Shown piece after piece: positions 31,901 through 41,490 of a DNA stretch of 64,000 nucleotides. The stretch spans positions 115,509 through 179,508 of the forward strand of contig JAHDYR010000029.1 in NCBI GenBank assembly GCA_019828565.1. Reading direction: 5' to 3'. Made by a program: the position numbers and the translations under genes. The stretch is from Carpediemonas membranifera BICM. Lineage: Eukaryota > Protista > Fornicata. The number at the start of each line of letters is the position of its first letter. The stretch's first letter is position 1. The notes beneath the pieces were generated by a model. That model did not search any database, was not told the origin of the DNA, and was given only the letters and a program-made list of their open reading frames with translations.

Positions 31901-32113
31901 GCCGCGCACCGTTTCAGACTGGTCCCGCTGCCCCCCACCCTCGCTGGGATGGCGTACGGCGATGTCTACAAGGAGCTGGCGATCCAGGGCCTGACGACAG
32001 TTGGCCTCTATCGCCGGCTGGCTGATGGAAGCGGGCCTGCCTTTGTGACGTTCATCGTGCCGCCGCCTGACACGGACGCCAACAATGACGACCAACTTTT
32101 AATCATCAGATAG
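28973..32113 (+). CDS. Calcium-activated BK/Slo-type potassium channel with RCK domains; 36-nt intron at 29128-29163
   Basis: Pore STVGFGD, S4 FLRILH, RCK HIVVTG. A GTATGT...TGATACAG intron joins exon 1 in frame to the main ORF. Confidence 0.9.
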
Positions 32114-32195
32114 TGTATTTATGCCGATGTAATGTAAATGTTTCCCTTGTGTTACCAGACGACCTAAATCAGATATTTAAGTGTACAATTAGTTA

Positions 32196-35100
32196 TCAGT
32201 TATCAATAGCGTGTTCGGCGATGAAGGTGGCGAGCATCATGTTGTTCGCGACGTGTTCCTTCGGGATCATGACAAGCAGGCTCAGCACGATGCTCTCGTC
32301 ACGGCTAAGCGCAACAAAGATGCGTCTGAAGACTAGACGGTACGATAGCAGGAGGAAGCCGAGGGCGAACAACAACAGCGGCACGTTGATCAGGCGGTAC
32401 GCCGTCATCGCGGTTGACAGAGCGTCGGCGTAGCTTTCGAATGTCTCCAGGAAGATCGGCGTCAGCTGCTGCTCAATCTCAAGGACAGCCGCCAGTGCAG
32501 GCGAAGAGGTGCCGCCCGACGCGAGGCAGGTGCCGTCTCCGTTGGCGGGGTTGAGCTCGGGCACCGCAGCGATGAACATCTCGACGAGTTGCTCGTACGC
32601 CTGAGCCTTGACTACCGTGCAGTTGTCGCAGCTGCTCGCGGTGTTGCTGAGGGCGACGCTGTCGGGCAGGAAGAGGTTGATGGCGCTCATGAAGATGGAT
32701 GCCTCACTGGTGATCTTGTCGTGCAGCTCCTGCATCTCCTCTAGGTTTGCTGCCGCTGCGATGTAGTGCTGCGTGGCCGCGTTCCTCTCGATGCCCACGA
32801 ACAGCGCCTCGGCGACAGCATCAATGGTATGCACGCATCGACCCGACGCCGTGTCTAGCAGCCCGACGTGCATCCCTACGGGCAGCCATAGCTCGGAGTA
32901 GACCGTCAGGCAGAAGAAGATGAGCCCCAGCATCACTAGGGTCGCCGCGGCCATGCGGTAGAACCTCTGGGTCGCCTTGGCGTGTAGCCGCTGTCGGATG
33001 ACGGACAGCTTCCTGGCGGGGGCGGGCGAGACCGAGAGGAGCACAATGCCAAGGGCACCGAGGACGACGACGATGACGATAAAGCAGCCGACGGCCGCGA
33101 TCAGTGAGATGTCGCCCCTGTACGTGTCAGCGTCGATGCCAGAGTCGATCTGGTCCAGGGCCTCGTTCTCGAAGGCGACGATGCCCTCGTGGAACGCCGT
33201 TTGTAGGTCCGCGAACTTCTCGTCGAACAGGATTGCTCTGGCGATGGCGGTCTGTGTCTCAGCATCGAGAGTAGCGTCATACGTGCTGTTTGTGTAGCAG
33301 TAGGGTCTAGTGTAGTGGATCTGGTCATAGTCGTAAGTGTTCTCCGCAGTGATGTCGTACTCGATGCCCTGGAACTCTGTGGCCACCGTCGAGGGCACGT
33401 TGTTAGCCCAGAACACCAGCTGAGTCGCGATCAAGACGGTGTCGTTCAGGGTCCCGAGTGATGCGGTCAGACCAGTGACCGTGGCGTCCGAGAAGGTGTA
33501 CTCCGCAGCCATGGAGCCGACGACAGAGGCCAGCGCGGCATTCATCGCATAGAGGTCGTCCTCGAGGTCGGTCAGGAAGCTGATGCTGGGGCGCTGGGTG
33601 AACTTGCGGGCACCGGCGACGTAGGCATCGACTGCGGCGTTGAAGTCGAGCATCACGCCGCTGATGCGGGCACGGTCGAGGAGCAGGTCGCACTGGCTAT
33701 CGACGCTGGCGTTGAGCAGGAAGAGCGTGTAGGTGGCCCCCCCGACGGCGATGACCAGGACGACGGTGCTCGCGGCCAGAACGACGACGTGGCCGACGGC
33801 AGTGGCGCGCTTGAACGACGCGACGGACTTTGACTGGCTCCTGATAACGCGGTGTCGGATGTCGTCGATCTTGTCAGCCAGACGGCGCATGGCGGCCTTG
33901 AGCACGACGAGGCTGAACAGCAGGACAACCGTGAACACGACGACGGCGTCGAACAGCACCATGACGGCCATCCTGCCGTAGAAGAGATAGTCGAGCTTGT
34001 CCCGGGTCTCGGCGCCGGTTGCCTCGATCTGCTCCAGCACGTCCGCCCGGACGGTCTCGAGGCTGTTGACGACGACGCTCTTCTGCTCCCAGTAGAGCGT
34101 GTCCATCGCCACGGCCCGCGCCTTGTCGGCCAGCGTCAGGGGCGACGCGGCGTCCTCGGCGTTCGTGGAGTAGAAGCCATTGGTCGCCCGTTCGGTGCCG
34201 TATGACGCGTCCTCTTCGCCAAACCAGGTCTCGTCGGTGTAGTTGTACTCGAAGTCGATGATCTGGCACCCAACAGCGTCCGATAGTGTCAGATTAGCCC
34301 ACATGAGCGCCAGTTCGACCTTCTCCCGGTATGCGATCTTGTCCGCGAGGTCCCAGACGGCGCCCACGGTGTTCAGGTTGGTCTCGTCGATGTGGTAGCC
34401 GACTAGCTCCTCGGCGATGGCGGCGATGCGTCTGTTGTCGTCAATGTCCCAATAGGCGTCGTACACGCCCACGCTGCTGGCCTCCACGAATTCGAGAGCG
34501 GAGAAGGAGCGCTGGTCGCTGAGGGTTACGAGGTCCTCAATGAGATGCTCGATGCTGCCGACGTCCTCGAACGACTCGGTCAGCTCTGGGATCGTCAGGG
34601 CGTCGTATACCAGGCTGACGGCAACCGTGCCCGCCAGAGTGAGGGCAGTGATGAGCAGGGCAAGCGTCCCGAGGAAGACGGGCCGGGCAACCCTGAAGAG
34701 GCTCCGGTGGACCGCCTTGACCTGGTTGAGACGGTACTCGAGGTCAGCCTCGTCCTCGCTAGACTCAGCCGCGCCGTCTGTGTCGCTGCTGGCCGAGGAC
34801 TCGGACCCGCTGACTGACTCGTGGCCGTCCTTCTGCCGCACAGACCGCATCATATGCAGCTGCCGGGCGTCGCTGGCGAGCTCCTCCTCGAGTGCAGCGA
34901 GGTGCTCGTCCTCAAGGGCATCCCGGTCATCCTCGATGACAACGTGCACATGGCCGTCACCGTCGGTGTCAGTGTCGTCTGGGATCTCGTCGTCCAGCGA
35001 CTCCCGTCTCAGGCTGAGGGTCGGGCCGTCGATGTCCTCAATCACCCTGACGCCCGTGTGGGGGCTGTCCGTGTCTGACACCTCTGCCTGGGCCGCCTGG

Positions 35101-37877
35101 GGCTCGAAGGAGATGGCGCGGCGGGCGGGTCCCTTCTTCTTCTTCTTGCGGCGCTTCTCGACGACGTTTGTCGTCTTTATCATGTCTCTGACGATGGCCT
35201 TGTCGATGTGCAGGAAGACGTTGATGTTCTCAGCCTGGTGCAGGGTAACCGTGTTGAACGCGCGGCGGAGCAGGAAGAACTGCAGCCCGAGGAGGACGAG
35301 TACGACCACGGCCAGTGCGATGAAGTCGATACCCAGCCCGACGTACTGGGCGGTCGTCGTGGCGTCCTCGATCTCTATCTGCAGCAAATCGATGCCGTTT
35401 CTGAGTGAGGCGAGTCCGTTCGCTATGATGAAGTCCTCATCGGTGGCCAGCGGCATGTCCTCGTGGATACGCAGGAACGAGACGCCGAGGGCTGCTGCCA
35501 CACTGACGACGGACGCGGCCACGGTCTGAGTGGTCATGGGGGCCGTGTCGAGGTAGTACCGGGCCAGGAACGACGGCTGCCGGGCGTGTTCAAAGATCTC
35601 CCCGAAGATGGAGGCCGTGATGGCAGAGGAGGCGGCAGTATCGAGGGCGTGGGTGCTCGTTTCGAGCAGGTCTATCGCCTGCTGGAGTCTGTCGTGGATG
35701 ATGTCATCTGTGGTCAGCATGCCGTGGGTGAACTGGCCGGGGTAGTCCTCCTCGACGTGCGTCAGCAGCGCCAGGTACGTCGCCTCCGCAGTGTAGAAGT
35801 CCATGCGGCCCGACGCGGCGAGGGCGGTGAGGAGGCTGTCGAGGATGAACATCCGGAGCTGGAAGACAAGCCCGACCACGAGGAAGATGGCCGTGATCAC
35901 ACAGAGCAGCAGGAGGACTGCCCGCCGCAGCTTGCTCACCGACAGCGACGTCGTCGCCTGTGAATGTGTCCGTATAACGGTGAGCACGTCGTTCTCCAGG
36001 GCCCGGGAGCTCATGGAGGCCTGGGACCCGGACCGCGAGCTCGAGGCCGAGTTCGATGAGGTGTCACTCGCCATGCGCTGGTTGGCGATCTCCTCGGCGC
36101 ACGCGTTGATCAGCGCGCCGTACTCGGGGTCCTGCTGGACGACGGTGACGAAGTCCGCGTAGGCCCGGATGATGTTGTCTCGCTCGGGGAAGGCCTTGAT
36201 GAGTTGGATGTAGAGCTTGTCCGCGCTAGTGCTGTGCTTGTGGATCTCCTGCGAGATGGCGAGCAGCTCGTTGACGTCAGGCTTGCCCTGGTCGAGAGCA
36301 CGCCAGAAAGAGTTGATGGCGCGGCGGGACTCCTTGGCCTCCTCCTTGGCCTTCTTCTGCTTGTGGTTCAGCTGTGCGAGGGCCTCAGCGTTGAGGCCGC
36401 TGTCCTGCTTGTGACGGACCGTGTCGGCGTCCGAGTGGAGCCCGACCAGCATCATTATCGTAACGATGCTCAGGTGCTTGATGATGTCTCGCTCGACCAT
36501 CATCGGCACCCGCGTCGCCTCGAAGATGGCTGCCTCGTAGTTGGCCGAGACTGTGAGGGCGTACTGGACGATGGTGAGTCGGGCCCGGCCGCTCGTGAAG
36601 GCCTCGGCGCATGCGAACGAGACCAGCGACTGGAGCCGACCGATCATCTCCCGCTGCTTGTGGGCCTCATCCTCACGCATGGCTGAGGCCGCCAGCATCT
36701 CCCGGCGGTCTGTTTGCCTGCGGAGGTCTGCGGCGAACAGGTTATGGTGCCAAACCTGGAACCACACGAACAGAGTGAAATCGAACCGATTCACGCCCCT
36801 TGGCATCGGGATGGCCTCGACCTCGAAGTCCAGGGCCGCCATGCTGCCAGTGGGGTCCTGCATGTGGTACATAAGAGGCTTGAGTCGGGCCACGACGATG
36901 GCCAAGCGAACGCCGACTGCCAGGGCAGCAAGGGCGAGGCCGACGGGGAAGCCGACGAAGACGGCGGCGGGGTGGGACACAGTGGCGCCCGCGCTGACGG
37001 CCGCGGCGATGTATGTGGCGACGGAGAGGGTGTAGGTGACGGGGTGGGCGAACAGGGGGGCGACGAGGACGGCCGCGGCCATGAGGCCAGAGAGCACGGT
37101 CAGGACGACGGCGGGGGCCCAGTAGACGAGCTCGCCGAGACCGAAGACACCAGTGGATGCAACCACGGCGAGGCCTACGAGTAGGATGAGCTGTACGGGA
37201 ATGAACGCGGTGGGCATGGCCATGAAGAGCACAGACGAGTCGTCGTAGGGCGACGAGAAGAAGACCAGACGGGTGAATGCGCCCAGAACAGACAGGACGA
37301 CCAGGGTGGCGACGGCAACGACGATGAAGGCCGTGTGCTGGACGGAGAAGAGGGACACCGCAGACACGAGACCGCGCATCTCCTCGTTGCCGTCGTCCCC
37401 GAAGACCAGGGGCAGCGAGAGGACCTGCACAATGGGGATGAGGAAGACGCCGTTGATGAGCTGCAGCACGTAGCCAAGCATGCGGTATCGGAAGCCCTGC
37501 CGAATAGTGCGGGCCAAGACGATCATCTCCATGGCCGTCCAGGAGCATACGAGGAGCACGATGATCACCACGACAATGAAAGACACCTGGACCACTGTCT
37601 TGTCCGTGAAGAGGCCGCCAACGGTGGGGAGGAGGCAACGGATGACTCTGTACCACAGTGTGTCGCTGAAGGTCATCGTGATCGTAGAGAGCTGGTACGC
37701 TTGGATAAAAAGCATGAGAAGCATCAATGCCGGCGGGAAAGCGCCCGAAATGCGAATGCAGCCGCAGATAACAGGAATCTTCTGAGAAACGGTGGTGAGA
37801 TGGAGTGGCGACAGAAATCCAACCCTATTAGTTTGGCTGGAAGCTATCGATGCTGATCGTTCGGATCCATGGCCCAT
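32196..37877 (-). CDS. Large polytopic membrane protein of TmcB/TmcC-like architecture with extracellular sensor-like domains (1893 aa)
   Basis: N-terminal multi-TM block; TPR-like FWRAL...LYIQLIKAFP...IIRAYADF; several TM pairs flanking ~180-aa loops; no PAS or cyclase domain recognised. Confidence 0.7.
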   Translation of the reverse strand: MGHGSERSASIASSQTNRVGFLSPLHLTTVSQKIPVICGCIRISGAFPPALMLLMLFIQAYQLSTITMTFSDTLWYRVIRCLLPTVGGLFTDKTVVQVSFIVVVIIVLLVCSWTAMEMIVLARTIRQGFRYRMLGYVLQLINGVFLIPIVQVLSLPLVFGDDGNEEMRGLVSAVSLFSVQHTAFIVVAVATLVVLSVLGAFTRLVFFSSPYDDSSVLFMAMPTAFIPVQLILLVGLAVVASTGVFGLGELVYWAPAVVLTVLSGLMAAAVLVAPLFAHPVTYTLSVATYIAAAVSAGATVSHPAAVFVGFPVGLALAALAVGVRLAIVVARLKPLMYHMQDPTGSMAALDFEVEAIPMPRGVNRFDFTLFVWFQVWHHNLFAADLRRQTDRREMLAASAMREDEAHKQREMIGRLQSLVSFACAEAFTSGRARLTIVQYALTVSANYEAAIFEATRVPMMVERDIIKHLSIVTIMMLVGLHSDADTVRHKQDSGLNAEALAQLNHKQKKAKEEAKESRRAINSFWRALDQGKPDVNELLAISQEIHKHSTSADKLYIQLIKAFPERDNIIRAYADFVTVVQQDPEYGALINACAEEIANQRMASDTSSNSASSSRSGSQASMSSRALENDVLTVIRTHSQATTSLSVSKLRRAVLLLLCVITAIFLVVGLVFQLRMFILDSLLTALAASGRMDFYTAEATYLALLTHVEEDYPGQFTHGMLTTDDIIHDRLQQAIDLLETSTHALDTAASSAITASIFGEIFEHARQPSFLARYYLDTAPMTTQTVAASVVSVAAALGVSFLRIHEDMPLATDEDFIIANGLASLRNGIDLLQIEIEDATTTAQYVGLGIDFIALAVVVLVLLGLQFFLLRRAFNTVTLHQAENINVFLHIDKAIVRDMIKTTNVVEKRRKKKKKGPARRAISFEPQAAQAEVSDTDSPHTGVRVIEDIDGPTLSLRRESLDDEIPDDTDTDGDGHVHVVIEDDRDALEDEHLAALEEELASDARQLHMMRSVRQKDGHESVSGSESSASSDTDGAAESSEDEADLEYRLNQVKAVHRSLFRVARPVFLGTLALLITALTLAGTVAVSLVYDALTIPELTESFEDVGSIEHLIEDLVTLSDQRSFSALEFVEASSVGVYDAYWDIDDNRRIAAIAEELVGYHIDETNLNTVGAVWDLADKIAYREKVELALMWANLTLSDAVGCQIIDFEYNYTDETWFGEEDASYGTERATNGFYSTNAEDAASPLTLADKARAVAMDTLYWEQKSVVVNSLETVRADVLEQIEATGAETRDKLDYLFYGRMAVMVLFDAVVVFTVVLLFSLVVLKAAMRRLADKIDDIRHRVIRSQSKSVASFKRATAVGHVVVLAASTVVLVIAVGGATYTLFLLNASVDSQCDLLLDRARISGVMLDFNAAVDAYVAGARKFTQRPSISFLTDLEDDLYAMNAALASVVGSMAAEYTFSDATVTGLTASLGTLNDTVLIATQLVFWANNVPSTVATEFQGIEYDITAENTYDYDQIHYTRPYCYTNSTYDATLDAETQTAIARAILFDEKFADLQTAFHEGIVAFENEALDQIDSGIDADTYRGDISLIAAVGCFIVIVVVLGALGIVLLSVSPAPARKLSVIRQRLHAKATQRFYRMAAATLVMLGLIFFCLTVYSELWLPVGMHVGLLDTASGRCVHTIDAVAEALFVGIERNAATQHYIAAAANLEEMQELHDKITSEASIFMSAINLFLPDSVALSNTASSCDNCTVVKAQAYEQLVEMFIAAVPELNPANGDGTCLASGGTSSPALAAVLEIEQQLTPIFLETFESYADALSTAMTAYRLINVPLLLFALGFLLLSYRLVFRRIFVALSRDESIVLSLLVMIPKEHVANNMMLATFIAEHAIDN

Positions 37878-38338
37878 AGCTGTAGCAGCAGCAGTGAGAG
37901 GAGCGAACTTCGGTGAATTTCTTCGACTCCAAATGACTCCATCAAGCGTTCAAGTTAAAGATCCACAGTCGATCCTCATCATCGGATCATCGATCATTAA
38001 TCGAGTCAGATTCAGAGATCAGAGCTCCCACCCCGTACATGTGCCCCGCCGGGAGGCGAACGCTGGTGGCTTTCGAGGCGACCCTATAGGCTGCTGACCG
38101 ATAGAATGAGGGGCATTTGAAGGGGTGCGACTGTCCAAATTAGCGTGCCAATCGGACCGTACTCCAAAAACTAATCACGCTATCCCCACCCCAAGCACAG
38201 CCATACCATGCTGGACGGGACATGCGACCTGGAGGCTGTCTCCGCTCGTCCTGCTGTCACACGCTCGGCCTCAGCGATGCGGCGCTATCCTGCTCGAAAA
38301 TTTTCGAGGATTTCACCAGTTCAGCTTCTGTCGCTGCG

Positions 38339-40255
38339 ATGGACAAAAGTGGCAAACAAGGACAGGCTGATCTGTTTCACATATACACAGTGGAAGGCGA
38401 TACATTCATTCGACAGGAGTCGTTCGAGCGCGCCGTCGCAGCATACTCCAAAGCCCTCGAGCTGAAGGAGGAGGACAGACATTGCTTGCTGAATCGGTCC
38501 CGTTGCTATGTGCGTCTTGGACAGTATGACTTAGCGCTCACCGATGCGAAGAAGTGCGCCGGTGCCGAGGACCACCAGGCCACGTTCCAGCAGGCTGAGG
38601 TCCTCTACGCCAGCGGCGACTTCGAATACGCGCTTGTTCACTACCACCGAGCCCACCGCATCCGTCCAGACATCCTCGAGTATCAGCTGGGCATCAGGAA
38701 GGCGGAGTCAGCCATCGCCCGTGCTATCAGTCTCGGCGACGACACCGGGCGGCCAGGTACGTCTGTGCAGTCGCCCATGTTCATACGGTCGCCCATGGGC
38801 ATCCCTGTGGCATCGAACCCCGCCACCCCCATGCCTACCACACCAAAGGCCGGGGCTGACGGTAGACCTAAACCCTCGAGGAAGCTGCTCGGAGACCTCT
38901 ACGACGACCAGGAGTTCCTGAAGAAGTTGCAGGGAGAGCCGGCGTTCCGTAATAATGCGACGATCGCTAAGGTCATCTCTACGGGCCTCGAATTCATCGA
39001 CTCCCGGACCGAGTTCTGGCGTCAGCAGCAATCGCCCACTGCCCACAGGAGAAGCAAGTCCGCACTCCGATTCTCCCGACCAGGCACCGCGGGCCGGCCC
39101 TCTACCGCGGGCGGCCGACTTGGCTCGACAGGACGGGCGACGATCGGTGGGCGGGGCAACAAGCTCACCGTTAGGACGGGGCAGTTCAGGCCTCAGACAT
39201 CGATGCCAGGGTCGAGACCCGCAGCGCCAAAGACCAGGCCTGGGACGAGCGGGAGTCGACCCAACGCCAGGTCACGACGGTACAAGCAGACAGGGCCCCG
39301 GCATGTCAGCATGGGCACGACGCTGGGAGGGACGCTCGGCAGCAGCATGAGGCCGCCCACAGCCCCGGCAACGACAGAGTCCAGGCGTGTGGGCACACCA
39401 AGACGGACGCGGCAGGATCCTCAGACGGAGGTTGAAGAGAAGAGGAAATACATGCGGGCGACGCACTATGTTTCGAAGGTCATGACGAACATCGAGGAAG
39501 CCCTGAAGACAGGGGCACCCGACCTTGCCCTGCAGTTCGGGAAGAGTCTGCTGTCCCGGCTGTCGACGCTAGAGGTGCCCGACCACGGCATGGTCACGGC
39601 AGACGCCCACTCGGTCATGGGGACCATTTACATGGCACTCGACCGGCCCACGCCCGCGGTTATACACCATAAGAAGGATCTGGACATCAGCCTCGAGCAC
39701 GGCGACCTGGCGGGACATGTGAGGGCACTGAGGCAGCTGGCCAACGCGTATATCCGTCTGGACGACGGGGATATGGCGATTGCTGTCGCCACGAAGCTTA
39801 TTGACGGTGACCAGCTCAGCCCGCCGTCCTACGTCCTTGGGGAAGCTCTTCTCCAGCGCGGTAGGGCGCGGTATGAGCAGAAGCACTACGAGCAGGCCGC
39901 TGAGGACGCCGAGCACGCTTGGGCCGTCTTGAACGAACCTTCGCTGTCCAGGGAGCCCGGCACGGACGCCGTAGATACAGCCATCTTCGGATATGACGGC
40001 GACCTCGCCTCATCCCGGGCCGAGCTCCAGCTGGACGGGCTGTGTCTTCACGGCCGCTGTTTGATGGCCGTGGGGAAGGACGACGAGGCCGCCCAGAGGC
40101 TGCAGCTGTGTCTTGAGCTGGCACGGGGTAACAGGGACCGCACTGCCGAGGCGGCCGCCCTCACAAACCTCAGCGTGATCGCACTGAGTCAGGGCGACGT
40201 TCAGGAGGGGAAGCGGCTCCAGCGGGAGGCGGTGTCTGTCAGCAAAACCCGCTGA
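38339..40255 (+). CDS. TTC25: Outer dynein arm docking complex subunit 4 (TTC25-like TPR protein)
   Basis: N-terminal TPRs (GDFEYALVHYHRAHRIRP); RKLLGDLYDDQEFLKKL...GLEFIDSRTEFWRQQ signature; C-terminal TPRs. Confidence 0.82.
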   Translation: MDKSGKQGQADLFHIYTVEGDTFIRQESFERAVAAYSKALELKEEDRHCLLNRSRCYVRLGQYDLALTDAKKCAGAEDHQATFQQAEVLYASGDFEYALVHYHRAHRIRPDILEYQLGIRKAESAIARAISLGDDTGRPGTSVQSPMFIRSPMGIPVASNPATPMPTTPKAGADGRPKPSRKLLGDLYDDQEFLKKLQGEPAFRNNATIAKVISTGLEFIDSRTEFWRQQQSPTAHRRSKSALRFSRPGTAGRPSTAGGRLGSTGRATIGGRGNKLTVRTGQFRPQTSMPGSRPAAPKTRPGTSGSRPNARSRRYKQTGPRHVSMGTTLGGTLGSSMRPPTAPATTESRRVGTPRRTRQDPQTEVEEKRKYMRATHYVSKVMTNIEEALKTGAPDLALQFGKSLLSRLSTLEVPDHGMVTADAHSVMGTIYMALDRPTPAVIHHKKDLDISLEHGDLAGHVRALRQLANAYIRLDDGDMAIAVATKLIDGDQLSPPSYVLGEALLQRGRARYEQKHYEQAAEDAEHAWAVLNEPSLSREPGTDAVDTAIFGYDGDLASSRAELQLDGLCLHGRCLMAVGKDDEAAQRLQLCLELARGNRDRTAEAAALTNLSVIALSQGDVQEGKRLQREAVSVSKTR

Positions 40256-40421
40256 TGGCCACTAACATGTATATGCAACAGTATGTAAATCATCACAGCA
40301 TCGGGATGCTGATAGTGCCGCCACTGATGCTCTCTTTCCACCCTGCTGTCGAAGACCTCCACTGAGGCCCAGCAGGCTCAGCGTGTGATCCCTGCATGTG
40401 TGTTGGACTCCGGACGCCCGG

Positions 40422-40666
40422 TGTGCTATTGAAGGGTCGAACAATGTGTTTACTGAGGAGGTTTAGACCCGTGGTGGTGTAAATGGTCCAAACTATAGGG
40501 GATTTGAGTGCAACAACACATGGGTGCCGCGCAGGATTAGAATTGTTGAGTCCAAAACACACAGTGATCCAAGCAGCATCAGGATCGCATTGTGGTTCAT
40601 CATACTCTATCAATCGTGCGCTGCATATCACGCGCGCTGCAGCGCGTGCTTGCTCAACTTAGCAAG
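40422..40666 (-). ncRNA. Candidate Fanzor omega-RNA scaffold region (guide would be the flank immediately below 40422)
   Basis: Position just downstream of the Fanzor stop codon. Stem-loops at 40649-40666, 40629-40648, 40566-40586 and 40462-40492. Conserved terminal 31 nt. Confidence 0.45.
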
Positions 40667-41338
40667 TTAATGATAGTGAGGATGAGCACCTCTCTGGGAG
40701 TCGTAGTGGAAAGGAGATTGCTCTATCTGATCTGAAGTTGCATCGAAGGTGCACCAAAGGATGTTCTCGCTGGCGCTCTTATCTCGGTGAGAGAGATTGA
40801 GAAGTATGTCTCTCTGCTCGGGATGCCGACGTAGCCGTTCAACGCGCCATGGAGCTCCCTCGCACGCGGGATTCTGGCAGAGCATGGTGCGGTGTGTGTG
40901 CACCACACGTCTGAAGTGTGCTTTGCAGTATGGGCACACGATGGAAGTGCGGAATTCGGAGACCATCGTGACAGTCACGACGACGTTGTGCCGGAGCATT
41001 ATGCCAGGAAGTGCTCGAGCAAAGTGGCGGTACGGAGCACAGGAGGGAGTGCCGGCAGAACCGAACAGTGCAGCCCCATACGCGACTTCGAGGTGAATGG
41101 GCTCCGGGGGGCGCCCGCCGAGATCATCCAGGAGTTGACGTCCAGCCCGGGCGAAGTGCTTCAGGCGCAGACAGTGATTGGCAAAAGTCTCACGGCGGAA
41201 ACACTTTCTCGTCCCCTCGTTGATGATCTGAACGATGTTCTCATGGACAGACCTAATCGACTGTTTGAGAGCCTCTAGACTTGTCGTTTTGAACGATGCT
41301 GCGCTCATATTCACGAGGGGGTGGCAGTGTAGCCACAC
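40667..41338 (-). pseudogene. Fanzor1/TnpB-like RNA-guided endonuclease, C-terminal half (RuvC-II, Zn finger, RuvC-III); RuvC-I missing
   Basis: SFKTTSLE...FRRETF...VAYGAALFG...APYRHFARAL...VSEFRTSIVCPYC...CQNPAC...HRDKSASENI. In-frame TAA at 41339-41341. A shifted upstream frame (RLEVFTG...YTIRR...SG) extends to ~41448 but has no DPG motif. Confidence 0.8.
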
Positions 41339-41490
41339 TTAGCGAGAACGCCAGATACACTCTGCCCGTCTGGGCGGCGGATCGTGTAGCCGTCCAGCCT
41401 ACAGCCTAAGCCTTCTTCGCATGAACCCCCGGTAAACACCTCTAAACGCTACAACATGAGAAACCATAAGCTGCGAAATATTGATTGAGC

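Larger units (their letters stand above)
40422..41448 (-). mobile_element. 5'-truncated Fanzor (eukaryotic TnpB-like) element: nuclease remnant plus non-coding 3' end
   Basis: RuvC/Zn-finger ORF, a lower-GC insert between TTC25 and CCT2, and a 3' terminal 31 nt shared with the 12.5-kb locus. Confidence 0.75.

Noticed and set aside
40293-40631. 112-aa minus-strand ORF downstream of the Fanzor
   Set aside because: No family motifs, and it runs across the inferred element end; treated as non-coding.
41340-41490. Left terminal inverted repeat or transposase of the Fanzor element
   Set aside because: No inverted copy of the TGTGCTATTGAAGGG end and no transposase ORF before the CCT2 start. The element appears 5'-truncated, so its transposon superfamily cannot be assigned.
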